Positions 12,746 to 26,050 of a stretch of 64,000 bases of DNA are shown here, piece by piece; position 1 is the stretch's first letter; each line of letters begins with the position of its first letter. The position numbers were made by a program, and so were the translations under genes. The DNA is from Cycas panzhihuaensis. Taxonomy: Eukaryota; Plantae; Cycadophyta. Where the stretch lies: assembly GCA_023213395.1 (NCBI GenBank), contig CM041465.1:106151741-106215740 (forward strand), in the 5' to 3' direction. The notes beneath the pieces were generated by a model. That model saw only the letters and a program-made list of their open reading frames with translations. It ran no database searches and was not told where the DNA came from.

Positions 12746-15146
12746 CTACTGTTGTTGCCTCGCTCCTGGGGTACCATCTCCTGGTCTCTGTGATCCCTCT
12801 CCTGGGGACCACATGCCTCTAAGGCTCCTCCTGGGCCTCCGTAAGCTGCCCGCCTCGCTCTCCTCATCTCTTAGCTGTCTCGGGGTCGTCGTCGCCGTGT
12901 GAGTACGTGTCCTGCTCCGGCTCGACCTCGATACCATCTGTGCTACCAGCTGGTCATATCGCTGGATCGATCCGCTCTCCCAGTGGCTCGTCATCACCCT
13001 TAGGCCTTTCGGTGATCACTGCCAGTTGGGTTCTGCTCTCTCCATCTCCACCTGCACCGCCCTGTGCCTCTAGAGCCTATACCCGTCCTCGCAGCTCATC
13101 TCTCTCGCGTCTTGCGTCATCTCTCTCTTGCTGTAGTCATCCCTGGGATGTCGCGTGCTCTTGGGACTCTACAGCCCATATGTCCCTCACCCTCACCAAT
13201 GGGGCGAATGCCTCTTTGTGGGCTCCTGCCGCTCTAGGCTCATCACCTGCCTGGATGGGCGGTTGCCCCTCTGCGTACACCTAAGGGAATATCTCCCTCA
13301 CCGCAGCCTCTACCAATCTCCAGATCTCTGTTGTACCTGCCAATGCAATACGCCATGTGTCAGTCTATATCTCACCATATATGTCATAATCAAATTAAAC
13401 CAAACTTCTATCTGGATGCCAAATGACTCTGGAAAAGGTTAGGTCTCACCTGCTGTGGCTGCCTGCTCCTCTGGTCGTGCGACATCCTCCCCTCCCGGCT
13501 CTCCGCCAGCTGCAGGTGCCTCGTCCTCTGGCACCTCCTCTACCTAGGTCTCCCTCTTCGCGGGGGTGGGCCCAGCTCTCGTCCCTGCGAATCCCATCAC
13601 GATTCGCAACCTGCGGGCCCTAGTCATGGGTCTCCTGATCTCACCCTGTGCCCCAGACGGTCCTGCCTCTCCTCTGGCAGCTCCGGATGGACCCTCTGCA
13701 TCTCCTGCTAACCCTAAGGGACCTGCCTCCCCTGTAGGTCATGACGGGTTAGGTCTCCACCGTCTCCACTATCCCCATCATCGCTGCTATCATCGCCTAC
13801 GGGCACTCCTGCTCTGCCTGCCTCGTCGTCGCTATCCCACCTCACTGTCCTGTAGGGCTCTGCTATGTAGTCTGGGAGGGTGAGGAGGTCTAGTAATGTG
13901 GCCTCCACTGATCGCCAGACATGAGCCCTGTCCTCTGTACCCCTTAGTCTCGTATGCCACCTGTGGACCATCGGGGCCTGCTCTGTAATGGGGTGTGGTC
14001 CCCCCGCTGGTGCCACTGCTGTGAAGTGGTCGAAGTACCAACACTGTAACAGTGTGATGTATGATAGTCCACCTCTGCCGGATGTCCTGATAGTATCCAG
14101 CTGGGCGACGAGGTTCACCGCTATCGTGGTACGATCCATCCTCTCACCCGGCCCGCGTGACGCATCCATCCACCTGCCTGGTACCTCTCTATAGTTTTAT
14201 TTCCGGGAAATCTGGAACAGAATGCACAATACCACCAGCTTCCTCACTCGAGGAATCCCTGACATCAGAACTGTCTGGAGGGGGGCTCCCCTCCGATCCC
14301 ATCTGTCAGCTCCACGTGAAGCAGTGCCTCCATGTGTCTTTGCCTCGGTCTTTGGGCAGTGTCCCTAGTCTCACCGGCCTCCCTATCGCCGGAACTCCCA
14401 GTATCTGCCGGATATCCCTCAGCGTGACCGTCACATCACCTACCTATGGTAGGTGGAATAAATGTCTCCTCCTGTCCCAATGGGACACGATGTCAACTAA
14501 TAGCCTCTGGTCTGATGTATATTAAGGTGTCTTGAGGGTCTTGTACAGGCCACACCTTTGTAGGATCTCCCTGTCCTCCTGTGTTGCCATCTCCATGTAA
14601 CTCAGCATAGCCATACCTACGTTCTTGCGGTTATCTACCGCGAGGACAGCCTGTTCACACAAAAAATAACTCGAGTCAGTCTCATGTTAGCCACTATCGT
14701 CCCTCTCTCTCTCAAATCTCTCTCTGCCTGAGATTTGGGGCTCTTTTGACCCCCATGTCTATTTTTCTGCATGTTTGCCTTCGTACCGCGCCAAACTTAG
14801 CGATCTGCTAAGTTGTACGGGTCCCGCGATGATCGTGGGACGCGGCAATGGCTTCTTGCCGCGATCATTGCTGAGTGGTACGAACTGATCCCCAAAGGGG
14901 ATTTACGCCGAAAAATAAAAAATTCTTCCAGTGGATGCCGTGGGGCCCACCGGACGAAACTCCCCAATGCCGGGTCCGCCTCTTTCTGGGTCGAATTCGG
15001 ATCCCAAGAGGCCTTCTGTTGCCCATAAGGGGCACTAAAACTATACAGAAATCATGTAAAAAGCTTAAAAACCTAGAAACTTTAAACTTCGAGATGGGTT
15101 GGGTTTAGTGATATCCACTCACTGGATCTGGTCTCGCCACCGCCAT
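12746..15146 (-). pseudogene. Antisense spliced plant mobile domain (PMD, aminotransferase-like) gene; exons about 15146-15123, 14650-13450 and 13336 to about 12746
   Basis: Minus-strand translation gives DQRLLVDIVSHWDRRRHLFHLP*VGDVTVTLRDIRQILGVPAIGRPV and LSYITLLQCWYFDHF, matching the PMD motifs (W...HTFHLP.GEMTITL.DV..ILGLP..G.PV; LLQ.W). GT-AG introns at 15122-14651 and 13449-13337; acidic and coiled-coil-like C-terminus; stops and frameshifts present; 3' end approximate. Confidence 0.82.
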
Positions 15147-15302
15147 ATCGTGCAGTGGGTCATCTTGGCTCTCTCGCTCTCCGTCCGGCGGTGCGATCTC
15201 CCTCTGCGTGCCTCCAAAGTTGGGCGGCGCTCCGCTGCATAAGGGAATGGCTCTAGTTTCGTACGAGAGCTGGTGAAAATGAATCCATTTTCCCGTTGAT
15301 TT

Positions 15303-15313
15303 CCTTATATAGG
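15303..15313 (-). promoter_or_regulatory. TATA box of the antisense PMD gene
   Basis: CCTATATAAGG on the minus strand, about 160 nt upstream of the exon-1 ATG, in an otherwise GC-rich context. Confidence 0.6.
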
Positions 15314-15826
15314 TGGGGGCCCCAACGGGCACTTCCTCTGTTTTTGGTCTCGCGACAGTTGTCGGGGCCGTCTCGTTGTCCTGTGTGCCTTTGCCTTCTG
15401 GCCCTATCACCGATTGCACTATATTGATGCCCTTTTTGCCCTCCCTTATAGGGGCATTTATGGCGCCTCATGATCGCACTTTTGCGGGGCCCTTACGCAG
15501 TTTGTGCACTACTCCGTGCTGCGAAGTTTATACTCGTTTGGCTCGTTTCGTCGCCCTGGACTCGTTTCTACAGCTCTTTATCGCTCTTGGGGTACCCAAA
15601 GGGAATGCCTCTCCTGCCTGGGGGCATGTTTCGCTTCGTAAAGCGACCTTTTGGCATCCGAGGAGGCTTTTTCTCCCGACCACTCTCTGTCGGTGATCGG
15701 ATTACCTGCTCTCGCCCTGGGTAACCTCATTGCTAGGACCTCCTACCCTTCACGGCCATCTTTTACTTGTTTTTTTTCTGAGTATTGCTTTCACCATCCA
15801 TTGACTACTTGGATTTTGTGTCACCT

Positions 15827-16249
15827 ATGTCCATCTACATCTTTACCGACGGCGGAAGCCGCGGCAATCCTGGACCCTCTGCCGCTGCGTGGATCCTCTG
15901 CAACCCTTCTGGACACGATCTCCTCCGCTCTGGGATCTTCCTCCCAGAGGCTACCAACAACGAAGCTGAGTATACAGTTGTTATTGAAGCCCTTACCGAT
16001 GCCCTCCATTTCCATCACGGATCCATTGTCTTGCTTTGCGACTCTCAAGTTGTGGTGTCTCATCTCGCCCAGGTTTACCAGGTGCGATGCCCTCACTTGA
16101 GGACCCTCGCTTCCGCCACCAGATCTCTCCTGGCCCGCTTTTCTTCTGTCGATATCCAGCATATCCCTTAGGCTCTCAACGCTAAGGCAGATAGTCTTGT
16201 TTGCCTCATCCTTGAGCGCTACCTTTCCCTCCTTGCTGACCGTCCTTGA
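15827..16249 (+). pseudogene. Stand-alone archaeal/plant-type RNase HI (aRH), one premature stop at 16169-16171
   Basis: MSIYIFTDGGSRGNPG...TNNEAEY...CDSQVV...QHIP*ALNAKADSL; the catalytic D-E-D-H-D residues are all recognisable. Confidence 0.93.
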
Positions 16250-16653
16250 GGCTTGCTTGGCCTTCCTGTCGCCCAAGCCCCAGGTTGTCTGTCACTTTGC
16301 TTTGCGATTCGTTCGCACCTCTGAAACCTGGTCACTGATGAGGTAAAACTATGGTGCCCACTCTTTGCTTGTTCTTTACTTGACTATGCATGTCCCTTTG
16401 CATCCTTTGTGGTGGGGCGGCCCTTACTGTCTTATTCTCCCGATCGGTTTCCGGTGGCTCATAAGCGGCCCATGATGTCTCCCGCTGCCGCCGTATCCAT
16501 GCGTTCGCCATGACACTTTCGCCCGGTACCCTTGCCTCTTGTTATGATCTTGATTGACATATCTATATACACATGTACTCTTGTGATTGTGTTGCCAGCA
16601 TTCGCCATCGCACCAGGCTTCCGAGCGGCAAGGCTCTGCTACCAAGGGGGCAG

Positions 16654-19236
16654 TGTTTCCTGGCTTCTAAGAATGGATATGGAATCACCGACTCAGGTAA
16701 GTGCAAGTATGTTTTTCACATTGTCATCTCTTTCTTTTGACGAGTATTTGCTTGCATGTCTGCATGTGTGTGGCTTTGTGGGCGGCCTTGCCATTGTCCA
16801 CACTTATTTAGCCTATGACGACTATAGCAGGGGCACACTCCTACCGAATGCGGCACCCTGATGACCACTTCACTTCCCGCATCTGCCCTCCTCACTCTAG
16901 GATCCACTAGGTTTGTGCCACCTCCGCCCGTGTGATGACTCATCATCGTTTGGTCAACTTGCCACCCCATTCAAGCCCTATTTTTGCTCCTTTGGACCCG
17001 TTTGTTGGCTTGTGTACCCCCGGGTAGGTGTTCTAGTCTCCTATTGGCCCTTTCGGTCATCACTTTGACCAAGGCGGCTCATGGGGCCTATTTTTGGCTC
17101 AGTGCGTCTGTTGGAATTTTCTTGATCTGGCGGAATATCCATGATACCATGGAATTTCTGATGATGACATCTCAGTTATTTTTAAAATCCACCGTGGTAA
17201 TTTCGTATTTATTATGAAACTGCCACATGGCTTGTGCCTTAATTCTCTCCCAGCTACGCCCTAATCACTCGCTTTAGGGTTTGGTCTGAGTATTTAAGCC
17301 ATTTTTGACTCATTTTTGGGGATTCTTTTGCTCACTTTTGGAATTGCTCTCTAAGGAAACATCATCACCTTTCTGCTCCTCTCTCTCATTACTGCTGCTG
17401 CTACTGGACCTGCATCCCTCCTACAGCGCCCAACACTCCTTTGGTGTGGCTAATACATTCTCCCAGCCCCCCAAACACCTTGGAGAGGGCCCCTTTGGAG
17501 TGGTTTCCAGTTGATCTTTACCCAGGCAGTCCATAAGTGCCCCAAGTGCAGGTGTTTCCCCTCACATCTCTTTAGCAGTGTCTCAAACCTGCTGTGCTTC
17601 AGATCTGGGTTGATTTCTCAGCCCCTCTTCACTGCTCTTTGGCTGAGGCAGACCCCTTGCCTCCCTCGCTTAGGTATTCCTTGTTTTGCATTGGTTTTTC
17701 TTGTGATATTTATGCTCAGCCTTGCTTGCTCCTTGCTTGTTCTTGTAAGTTAGTTTTCCTTCCTTTTGTGGGCTGTCCTACCGCTCTTTTTGTGCTTCTT
17801 GCCTGCGTTTGCTGCTCAAGGCAGCGGCGTTGATGGGTGGCATAGGTTTTAGAGAGGAGCTGGGTGGATTCCGTACCACCTTCTATGCTCCCTAAGCGGC
17901 TCTAAGCCCTCCAAAGCCTCCCTCTCGCCCCGTGCTGCCCTTGGCTAGTAAATAAGGGTTTGTAGGCCCTCTTTTAGCTGCCCAAACCAGTGATGTCACA
18001 AGTTGCAGTGCTGATTTGGGGCCTTTCATTTAGGTTTAGGCAACACTCATAAGTCCCAACCGCTAGTTTTTGCCTCACTTTCTTCCCAGCCGCCCGGCTT
18101 ACTCCTCATAGCATCCCGGTTCGCCGTGGGTTTTCTTGGGCCTCTCTTTGGCTCTTTGCTGCCATTTTCCAACCCTTGCTCTTGGCCTTGTCCTCGCTGC
18201 CTCGTGGCTCTTGAGAGGAGGTTAGGGCATCATTTGCGGAAGGTAGGCCACTCCGAGACTTACCGATCATTTACTTTCGCCTTGGTCACTCTCTTTTGGG
18301 TACTTTCATTATTGGATTGGCACTAACGCATGTATATTTAGATTTACATTTATACTACTTAGGCATATATTATAAGAATCTTGTATTGCATGTTAGTGTT
18401 CTTCCTCCAGGAAGGGAGAGACCGCCATTGCTTGCAGGTATTTGGGGAGCGCGGAGGACATCGCCCGTTAGTCCCGTTGCCGGTAAGTACCTTTGTATAC
18501 GTTATATTTTCCTATTATTTCATTTATTAGTTGGTGCTTCCTTTCTTTCTTTGCATCGCATTTGATTTTCTGGGGAAGGTAAGGAAGCCCCCCTTTTCCA
18601 CCCGCCGCAACATCTCGCATCCAACGCGCTGTGTGAGGTGGTTTGGTGCTCCTCGAGAAGGCTTTCACCACGCATGCCCTTGGTCCAGGTGCACGTCTTG
18701 CTCCACTCTACTACCTCCTTTTTTCTTTTATTTCTCCTTTAGTAACTAGCACATTGGAAGATAAAAAGGAAAATTTGGTCTTGTATTTGGTTGCATTTCT
18801 TTTATTTTGTTGCGCGTATCTCTACCATCTATAGGAAAGGTTGTAGGAACCCTCTTTCTCTACCTTTCTCCTTCTCTCCTCGACCACACAAGTTCCTTGC
18901 CTTTCGCATCACTTGTGTACCTGGTTAGGTTGTGTAGGTATACTCTTGGCCTATCCCCTTTGGGTCTTCTCTTCCCCCTTTCTGGCCACCCAAGGGTGGA
19001 AGGGTCCTGTCTCTAGGTCAGCCCAGGTTTGCCCTACGCATCTTCACCCCTTGCTCGAAGCGGTGAAGGACCACCTGATAGTAGCCATATTCCATTGCAG
19101 ATCCCAAACTCGCACTCCGGCGCGCGGGGTGCTCTGCATGATAGTTACTCACCTCTTAGGTCCCACCTTCAATCATTTCACCACCCACTCTCTCCACACC
19201 TACTAGTAGGGTAGTTATCCCGTAGATGCGCATCCA
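16654..19236 (+). repeat. 3' LTR of Tat-like element (2583 bp)
   Basis: Direct repeat of 5026-7595, preceded by the PPT at 16644-16653 and followed by the TSD. Confidence 0.95.
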
Positions 19237-19575
19237 GAGAGTGAAGATAATGGCTGAACCATATTAGAAAAATGAACCAAAACGGGAATGAGGATACATG
19301 CCACTAATTAGGGTATCATTTTTTAGGGAATATATTCAAGTGAGGGATGGGGACTATACATAGATAGTTAGATAGTATCTCAAGCACAACCACAAGTCAC
19401 AAATAGCTCTAAGAAATAGTCAAATGACTCAGATGATAGTAAAATAATATAAAAATTGACTCAAACGAAATAAATGGTTGTCATTTTCTACAAAATGGGC
19501 TATCATTTTTAGTATATAGACTAAAATAACCTATAGAAAAACTAATTATATACATATATTTTAGCTCCTTTACCA

Positions 19576-19972
19576 TGTAAAATAACAAAATAAGATCAAG
19601 ACAACATATGTACATACAAATACAAATATGAAAGAAAAAACACAATAAATAATATATCAAATCAAACTATTTGCATCAAATTGCAACCACCAAATTAGTT
19701 AGCTCAATTAATCTATATTTTGATAAAGCTTCTACATATATAAATAACCAATGTACAAATGAGGCTATTTGGGTGTAATTTATAGACTAAGATATGCCTT
19801 ATACATAAGTCTCATTGGCTAATCTATTGGGCTAATATTATTGGCCTCTTACTTAGCAAGGGGATAGACCTAATATAATATTATATTCGAATTTAATTTG
19901 TAATACAACACACTAATAATACGTGATACATAAAATATATTTATAAATGAGACATTATTAAAAATTTTAACA
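19576..19972 (-). repeat. 5' LTR of the minus-strand Copia (family related to Copia A)
   Basis: Minus strand reads TGTTAAAA...TTTTACA followed by a PBS; colinear with 36957-37335. Confidence 0.75.
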
Positions 19973-19979
19973 CCCTTTC

Positions 19980-21680
19980 CTTTAGCTCTGAGCATCTCAC
20001 TCAGAAGGTGAGCTTAGTTTTGGAACCAAGGGTACTTTTGAATGTAAATGGTCTAGTCCTACTTTTTGCTACCATTTCTGATTATCTTTACTAACTACCT
20101 CAACATATTATGGTACCCTCTCGCAACATCAGTTTTCCTCCTGAAGTTCAATAGACAAGTTTTTTACCTATTATTCACTCTGATGCAGATGTTTCTCCAA
20201 TGCACTACTCTATTGGATATGAAGTATCTCTTGATTATATATTTCTTAGTTTGTCTTTATTAGTTGAGTACATTCCTCCTCCTTTTGTTATAGTAATTCT
20301 TTTACCTCTTGTAAATCCTTGTGTAATTGATCATAACTATCCTCTTTGTGATGATGATCTTCAACCATCTCTAAGAATAATGATCCTTGAGCTTTTGTCA
20401 TTATGTAATACTGGCCTAATAAACTCATCATGTAGGTTTGTTAATCTTTAATAGTATACATATCAATGGAAATTTTAGCTACTTCCTACTACTTTCCTTA
20501 CGTATATAGAGAATCAATTATCTTCCTACCTATTGCTAATACTTCAAATAGTTCATACCTTACTACTTCACTATCCATAATGGGGGACACCAGAATGTTC
20601 AAGTTTGGAGATGGATCATAGGAGACTTTATTAATGGAGATTGATATAGTCTCACTACCTATTTCTAATTCATCATTATCCTTGTTAGAGCTAATATCCA
20701 AGTAGTCCATAATGTAATCTTCATTAGAATCATCAAAGGCTTTAGGGGATTCATTTGTTTCTCATACTATCATCACCTTCTTTTTCCTTATTCTTTCTAT
20801 TTCACCTTCTTAGCAAACTTTTAAACAAAGTTTTTTAGGAGTAGAAGAGTCTTTATGAAATGTAGATAATAGTATTATGGACATTTTGCTAATCCTAGCA
20901 AGTGAAATTTCTCATAGAAGAATCCTAATAGATAAAGGGTAAAATTAAAACTTGACTATCCTCTCATAATAAGTTGATATAATGATGTCTTAAGTTTTTC
21001 TAAAATGAAAGTAGACCAATTATAGACTACTCCTTTTATAAGCCATTGAAGGCATGATGCTATCCATTAAGGCAACACGTTATAACACTATTCCCCCAAA
21101 AGCCTCATACACATGAGCATTACTACTACCACTGCGTTCATAGTTTTAAGATGAGTGACTCGAATGCCTCATCTACCATGTTTTGTATGAAGCTCTTTTT
21201 TACATATCATTTGAATAATCTAGTCTTTTATTGAGGCAGTTAAATTACCTATTATTTTAGCAGCTATCCTTGAGGTAAAAACCTTATTAATCTTTCCACA
21301 TCTTTAGGTTCCATACCTATGATTTTTTTTTTTAATTATTAATATGCTATTGATAGGATTATAGCCATCTAACACCTCTTGCAAACATTTGGAATTCTTT
21401 GAGAAGATTAGAAATGAGGTAGCTTAAACTACTCTTACACTGGTCAGATTTACTCTTAATGGGGAATTTTGATCTTTGACTTCCAACCATTTATATAATA
21501 TTGGTGAATCTAATATTTTCTATTTGATCTATCATCCTTCAATTTCAAATGGAATATCCATGTCTTCTTTTAGATGTTTCTGTATAGATCTCGAAAAAGA
21601 AATGGTTATCTGTGTAAATTTTACAAAACCACTTCTTGACATATTGAATTAAAGCTTCTTCTCTTGAATATGCTTATATC
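19980..21680 (-). pseudogene. Degenerate 3' extra ORF (sense to the element), weakly PMD-like, with a charged C-terminus
   Basis: Minus-strand fragments CLQEVLDGYNPINSILII..DVERLIRFLPQG and GVVYNWSTFILEKLK parallel the extra ORF at 51400-53100 (GQKFNWEKFVTAKF). Confidence 0.45.
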
Positions 21681-21819
21681 CACTTGTTACATGTGTATGC
21701 CTCTATCTATATCTTTTGTATATCTACTTACATCCACCTATTACATGTGTATGGATCTATCTATATCTTATGTATAATTGTGTTGTCCTCTCAAGAGGAG
21801 AGATAAATAATTATAGGGA

Positions 21820-21985
21820 GGGCTACCCTTGGTGGGTTAGCTAAACCCATAGTTGGGCACCCACCATTTGGTTGATCTTATGGGTAGACTACCCATAGGA
21901 TCAACCAAAACTATAGGTGATTAGCTTGTGGTTTGGGCTACCCATGGGTTAGCCAAAACCATGAGTGATTAGGCTATGGTTTGGT
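21820..21985. repeat. Degenerate tandem repeat (about 3 units, CTACCC...AAAC) between pol and the extra ORF
   Basis: GGGCTACCC(T/A)..GGGTTAGC.AAA.C at about 21820 and 21935, with a related unit at about 21885. Confidence 0.6.
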
Positions 21986-22230
21986 TGATTTGGATAGTTA
22001 GCTTATTGATTGATCTAGTGATCGATCGATCAGTCATTCTAATAACTGGTGGATTAGTCATTTCTTGGCATCGACTAATTGATTGATCTGGCTGAATAGT
22101 TGCCATTCAACTGATCTTACCAGCTGATTGAAAGTCTATCTTAAATATTATTTATTATTATTATTATTTATTTATTATTTATATTTTTATTTATTTATTT
22201 AAATTTTACTATGTTATATGCCATATTGCT

Positions 22231-22273
22231 ATGTGTGTATGTGTGTGTGTGTAGATATATATCTATCTATCTA

Positions 22274-22343
<70 letters not shown>
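22231..22343. repeat. Compound (TG)n/(TATC)n/(TA)n microsatellite
   Basis: Direct reading. Confidence 0.95.
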
Positions 22344-22345
<2 letters not shown>

Positions 22346-22469
22346 CTTTTGTTTCTATTTTTTTTTTTCTTTTTTTTCAATCTACTAGGTCATTTTGCCT
22401 AGTCACATACCATCTGAGGTCATATCACTCTTGTTGATATCATTTTTCTTTATTATTAATTTTATACAA

Positions 22470-25400
22470 GTTGAGTTTTAAACAATTTACATTGAATGTT
22501 TATACGCTTATATCAATGTGAGTTAGTTCAACTATTCCATTATTAAATATTCTTTTTATCATAAATGGTCCTAGCCATTTGTTCTTAAGTTTACATGTTT
22601 TGATGAAGTATTAACCATCATATTATAGGATGAGATCTCCTTCCTTAAATACTTTTAAGTGTAGAGTCTTATCATATTATTTTTTTCTACATTATTATAT
22701 TACATCCATTGCCCATTGTGATCGTGCTTAATTCTTGTCCAAGGTTAAAATAACTTTCAAACAAGTTTGAAGGCTAGATATATATGGCAATTATTCTTGT
22801 ACAATAATTTTGAGACTTGGTACTAGGAATTCTATGGGAGGAACTACTTTTGTTCCATACACCGATTGAAATGGGGTATGTCTCGTGGTAGTTTTATAAC
22901 TTGTTTGAAAGGCCTATAAGACTGAATGCAGTTATTCTTCCCAATTATTTCTATTTATGTTACATGATTTGGTTAATATTATTACTATTATTTTATCACT
23001 TAATTTAACCTATCCATTGGTGCATGGTAGTAGGAGGTAGACCTATGATGTATAATCATGAATTCTTATATTAGGAAATGGGTTGTGTCATTTATAAAGT
23101 ATGTTCCTCTATCACTTACAATTTCTAATGTATAACTAAATCTTATAATAATATTTTTATAAAGGAATATAGTTATACTTTGTATTAAATTATCCTAAAG
23201 TGCCTTTGCCTCAGCCCATTTAGTAAGGTAGTCTATGGCAATTAGTATATATTTTATTTATGTTATTCGTGCAACATGTTGGGATGGTCCTACGAAGTCC
23301 AAACTCTAACATTTAAAAACTCCTTGAGCTGAGGTTAGTTGTAAGGGTATAAAATCATACTCTAAGTGTCATCATATTTATTGAAATATATCACATTTAG
23401 AGACATATTCTTTTGTGTTCTTAAACAATTGAGGCCACCATAATCCTAATAGCAAGATTTTTCAAGTTATAGATTTGGGTCTAATATGACCACATGTAGT
23501 TCCTTAGTGAACTTCTTTTACTACTATTCAAATTTCTTCTCATATTATAGATCTATGTAATACATGATCTTTCCTTAATTTATACAAAATTCCTTCTATC
23601 AGTTGATAAGAACCTACCTTTTTTATGAGTTTTTTATATTGTTGCAAAGTTATATTAGTAGGAAATGATCATGTACTCAAGTATCTTATTATGTCCTCAT
23701 AATCAAGTGGGGTTGCTATTACTTGGAAGAGTTTGGCATCGAGAAAATCATTGTTTATTCTAAGGGGTTTTTCTTGTATCTAAATTCTAAATAAGTGATC
23801 TTTGACCACATGTGTGTGACCAAGTTAAACTATCACCTTGAAATTAAATTCTTAAAGTAGTAATAACCATCGACTTATTCTTCCATATATAATAGGTCTG
23901 TTAATCAAATATAAAAGGACTTGATGATCAATGGAAAACATAAAGGGGTTTGCTAAAAGATTGTGTTAATTTTTTTTTACTGCATAAATCATTCATAATC
24001 CCCGTCTTTCCATTACTAAATAGTTCTTTTCTACTATATTTAATCATCTACTAGTAAAGTAGATAGGTAGATTAAGTTTGTGACTTCCTTCTTGATCTAG
24101 TGTACAACCTATTGCTATCTATAAATCATCAACATGAATGTGAAACTCTTTCAACCAATTAGGATGAGATAAAATTGGGATTGTAATGAGTCTATATTTA
24201 AGATATTCAAATGTTGTTTGTTGTTCCTTTTACCATATAAATTTATGCCTTTATATAACAGTTCTTCTAGGGGATGAGCAATGTAGGCAAACTCTTTTAT
24301 GAACTAATAATAGTATCTAATGTATTCAAGGAATGTTCAAACTCTCATAACATTTGTTGGTGGGGATATATTCATTATGAATATGAGTTTATCAAGATCT
24401 ATCTTTAATCTACGTGTCCATATGACATGTCCTAATAGCTTTCTATCAAGAACCATAAATTACCACTTTTATGGATTTAGTGACAATCTTACTTTCTAAT
24501 AGACTTCCAAGCATTTTGTTAATGGGGGAAGATGGTCTTTAATATTACAATAGATGGACCAATGATCTAAAAATATCTCAATAGATTTAGATGATAATTG
24601 ATCAAATAAAGACATGATGATTTGCTAGAATATTATAGGGGCATTACAAAGTTTGAAGGGCATCTGATTATATATAAAAATTTTAGATTGTGCAATAAAT
24701 ACAATTTTTAACTTATCTTTTTCTACAATATTGATTTGGTTGTAACTTGAAAACCCATTCAAGAATGAGTATATCTCATTTCATGCGACTTCTTCTAGAA
24801 CAGTATTAGAAAAATAAATAGGAAATGGATCTTTATAGGTTATTGCATTTAATTTTTAGAAATCAATACAAATGTATAGTTTCACAATTTTCTTAGGAAC
24901 TACCATAATTAGTGAGACCCATTCACTTATTTTGATCTTAAATATAATTCTAGTATCTAGTATTTTTTTAATTTTTGTGTCTACTTGCTCTATGTATTTG
25001 GGATTCATTTAATAAGGTCAATATTTTACTGGTTTAGATCCTGGTATTAATTTAATTCTATATTTACATAGTTCTCTTAGTATTCCTTTCAAATCTTTAT
25101 ATGTCCAAGAAAAGACATCCTTATATTATAGAAAATTTTTTATGGTTGCTACTATTAACATTAGTTCCCGTTTATTACCCATTATTATTATTTGTATATT
25201 TTGTTTAATTCCTAAATTAATTGCTTGTTGTCATACTTCATCATAGAAAATTTGGTCCTTATCAAAATTGTATGTAAATTTTTAAAGTGTTACCTAGATT
25301 ACTTTAACTAATTCAAAAAAATGATTAGGGTATTCATGTTTATGATTATATGTATCTTGTATCTAATAAACATTCTTACAGTCTAGTAGTTCTATATCAA

Positions 25401-26050
25401 CTAAATAGTATGATGGTGAAAATAATTCATATTCTTGTTCATGACAATGAAATAATCTACTATTTAATTCCACCTCATCCTTTGGCCACGGATCCAAATA
25501 CAAAATACCCTCAATTAGTTCATATATATTATCATTATCAAATGTTATACTTAAAGGATATTGATCCTCCTTAATATCATTAACATAGTCCTTATCATCA
25601 TCATCTTCATCAGAGGAACTAGAGTCTATTACTTCCTCACTTATGGTATGGTGATTTAAATTTATTAACTATTTCTTTCCTTTTACTTAATCACTAGTGT
25701 ATTGTGACCCTACATGTGTAATGTGTAACCAAGGTCATCTTAATAGTAAATCATATGCTTATAGTGTTATGTCAATCATGGGAATAACAATAAAATCCAT
25801 CATAAATTCTTGATTCCTGTTGTGAATTTTCTAGGCCAACATCATTCCTACTGGTTATATACTATGTTGGTCAACTAACAAAAAATGGAATGTAGGCCTG
25901 CTAATGTTTTTCCAAGTCATTATAGGTATAATATTAACTCCAACACCTCTATCTACCATTGTTTTATTCAAAATATATCCTAATAAATTCATTGAGACTG
26001 TAATCTCTTGATCCACTCTTAGATATCGTACATGATGCTCTAATTAAGAA
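22470..26050 (-). pseudogene. gypsy pol (PR-RT-RH-INT), heavily degenerate
   Basis: Minus strand: MVDRGVGVN (about 25940), LLR*PWL (about 25735), AINLG (about 25215), YKDVFSWTYKDLKGI (about 25100), IFLDHWS (about 24565), EFHIHVD (about 24140), LDFVGP (about 23290), TPFQSVYG (about 22865), KWLGPF (about 22570). Confidence 0.88.

Larger units (their letters stand above)
5026..19236 (+). mobile_element. Tat-like (OTA superclade, TatII-like) non-autonomous gypsy element, 14.2 kb
   Basis: LTRs TG...CA at 5026-7595 and 16654-19236; perfect TSD GAGAG (5021-5025 and 19237-19241); tRNA-Arg-type PBS; PPT AAGGGGGCAG; gag, PR and aRH present. Confidence 0.95.
4230..19972 (-). mobile_element. Old Copia element (5' LTR plus 5' UTR), interrupted by the Tat-like and CRM-like elements
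   Basis: The reverse complement of 19576-19972 resembles the Copia A LTRs, with a degenerate PBS TGGTAAAGGAGC at 19564-19575. The reverse complement of about 4390-4540 matches the Copia A 5' UTR at 32524-32670 (GGTGGTCATATGGT...AAAGGGGCTTAAG...CATAAGGAG). Confidence 0.75.

Noticed and set aside
15827-16249. RNase H as a host or bacterial/HGT gene
   Set aside because: It lies between the LTRs of a Tat-like element, a lineage known to carry aRH.
19973-19986. PPT-like AAAGGAAAGGG upstream of the minus-strand Copia 5' LTR, suggesting a tandem LTR array
   Set aside because: The upstream DNA is the purine-rich extra ORF of the host gypsy, not Copia pol; probably coincidence.
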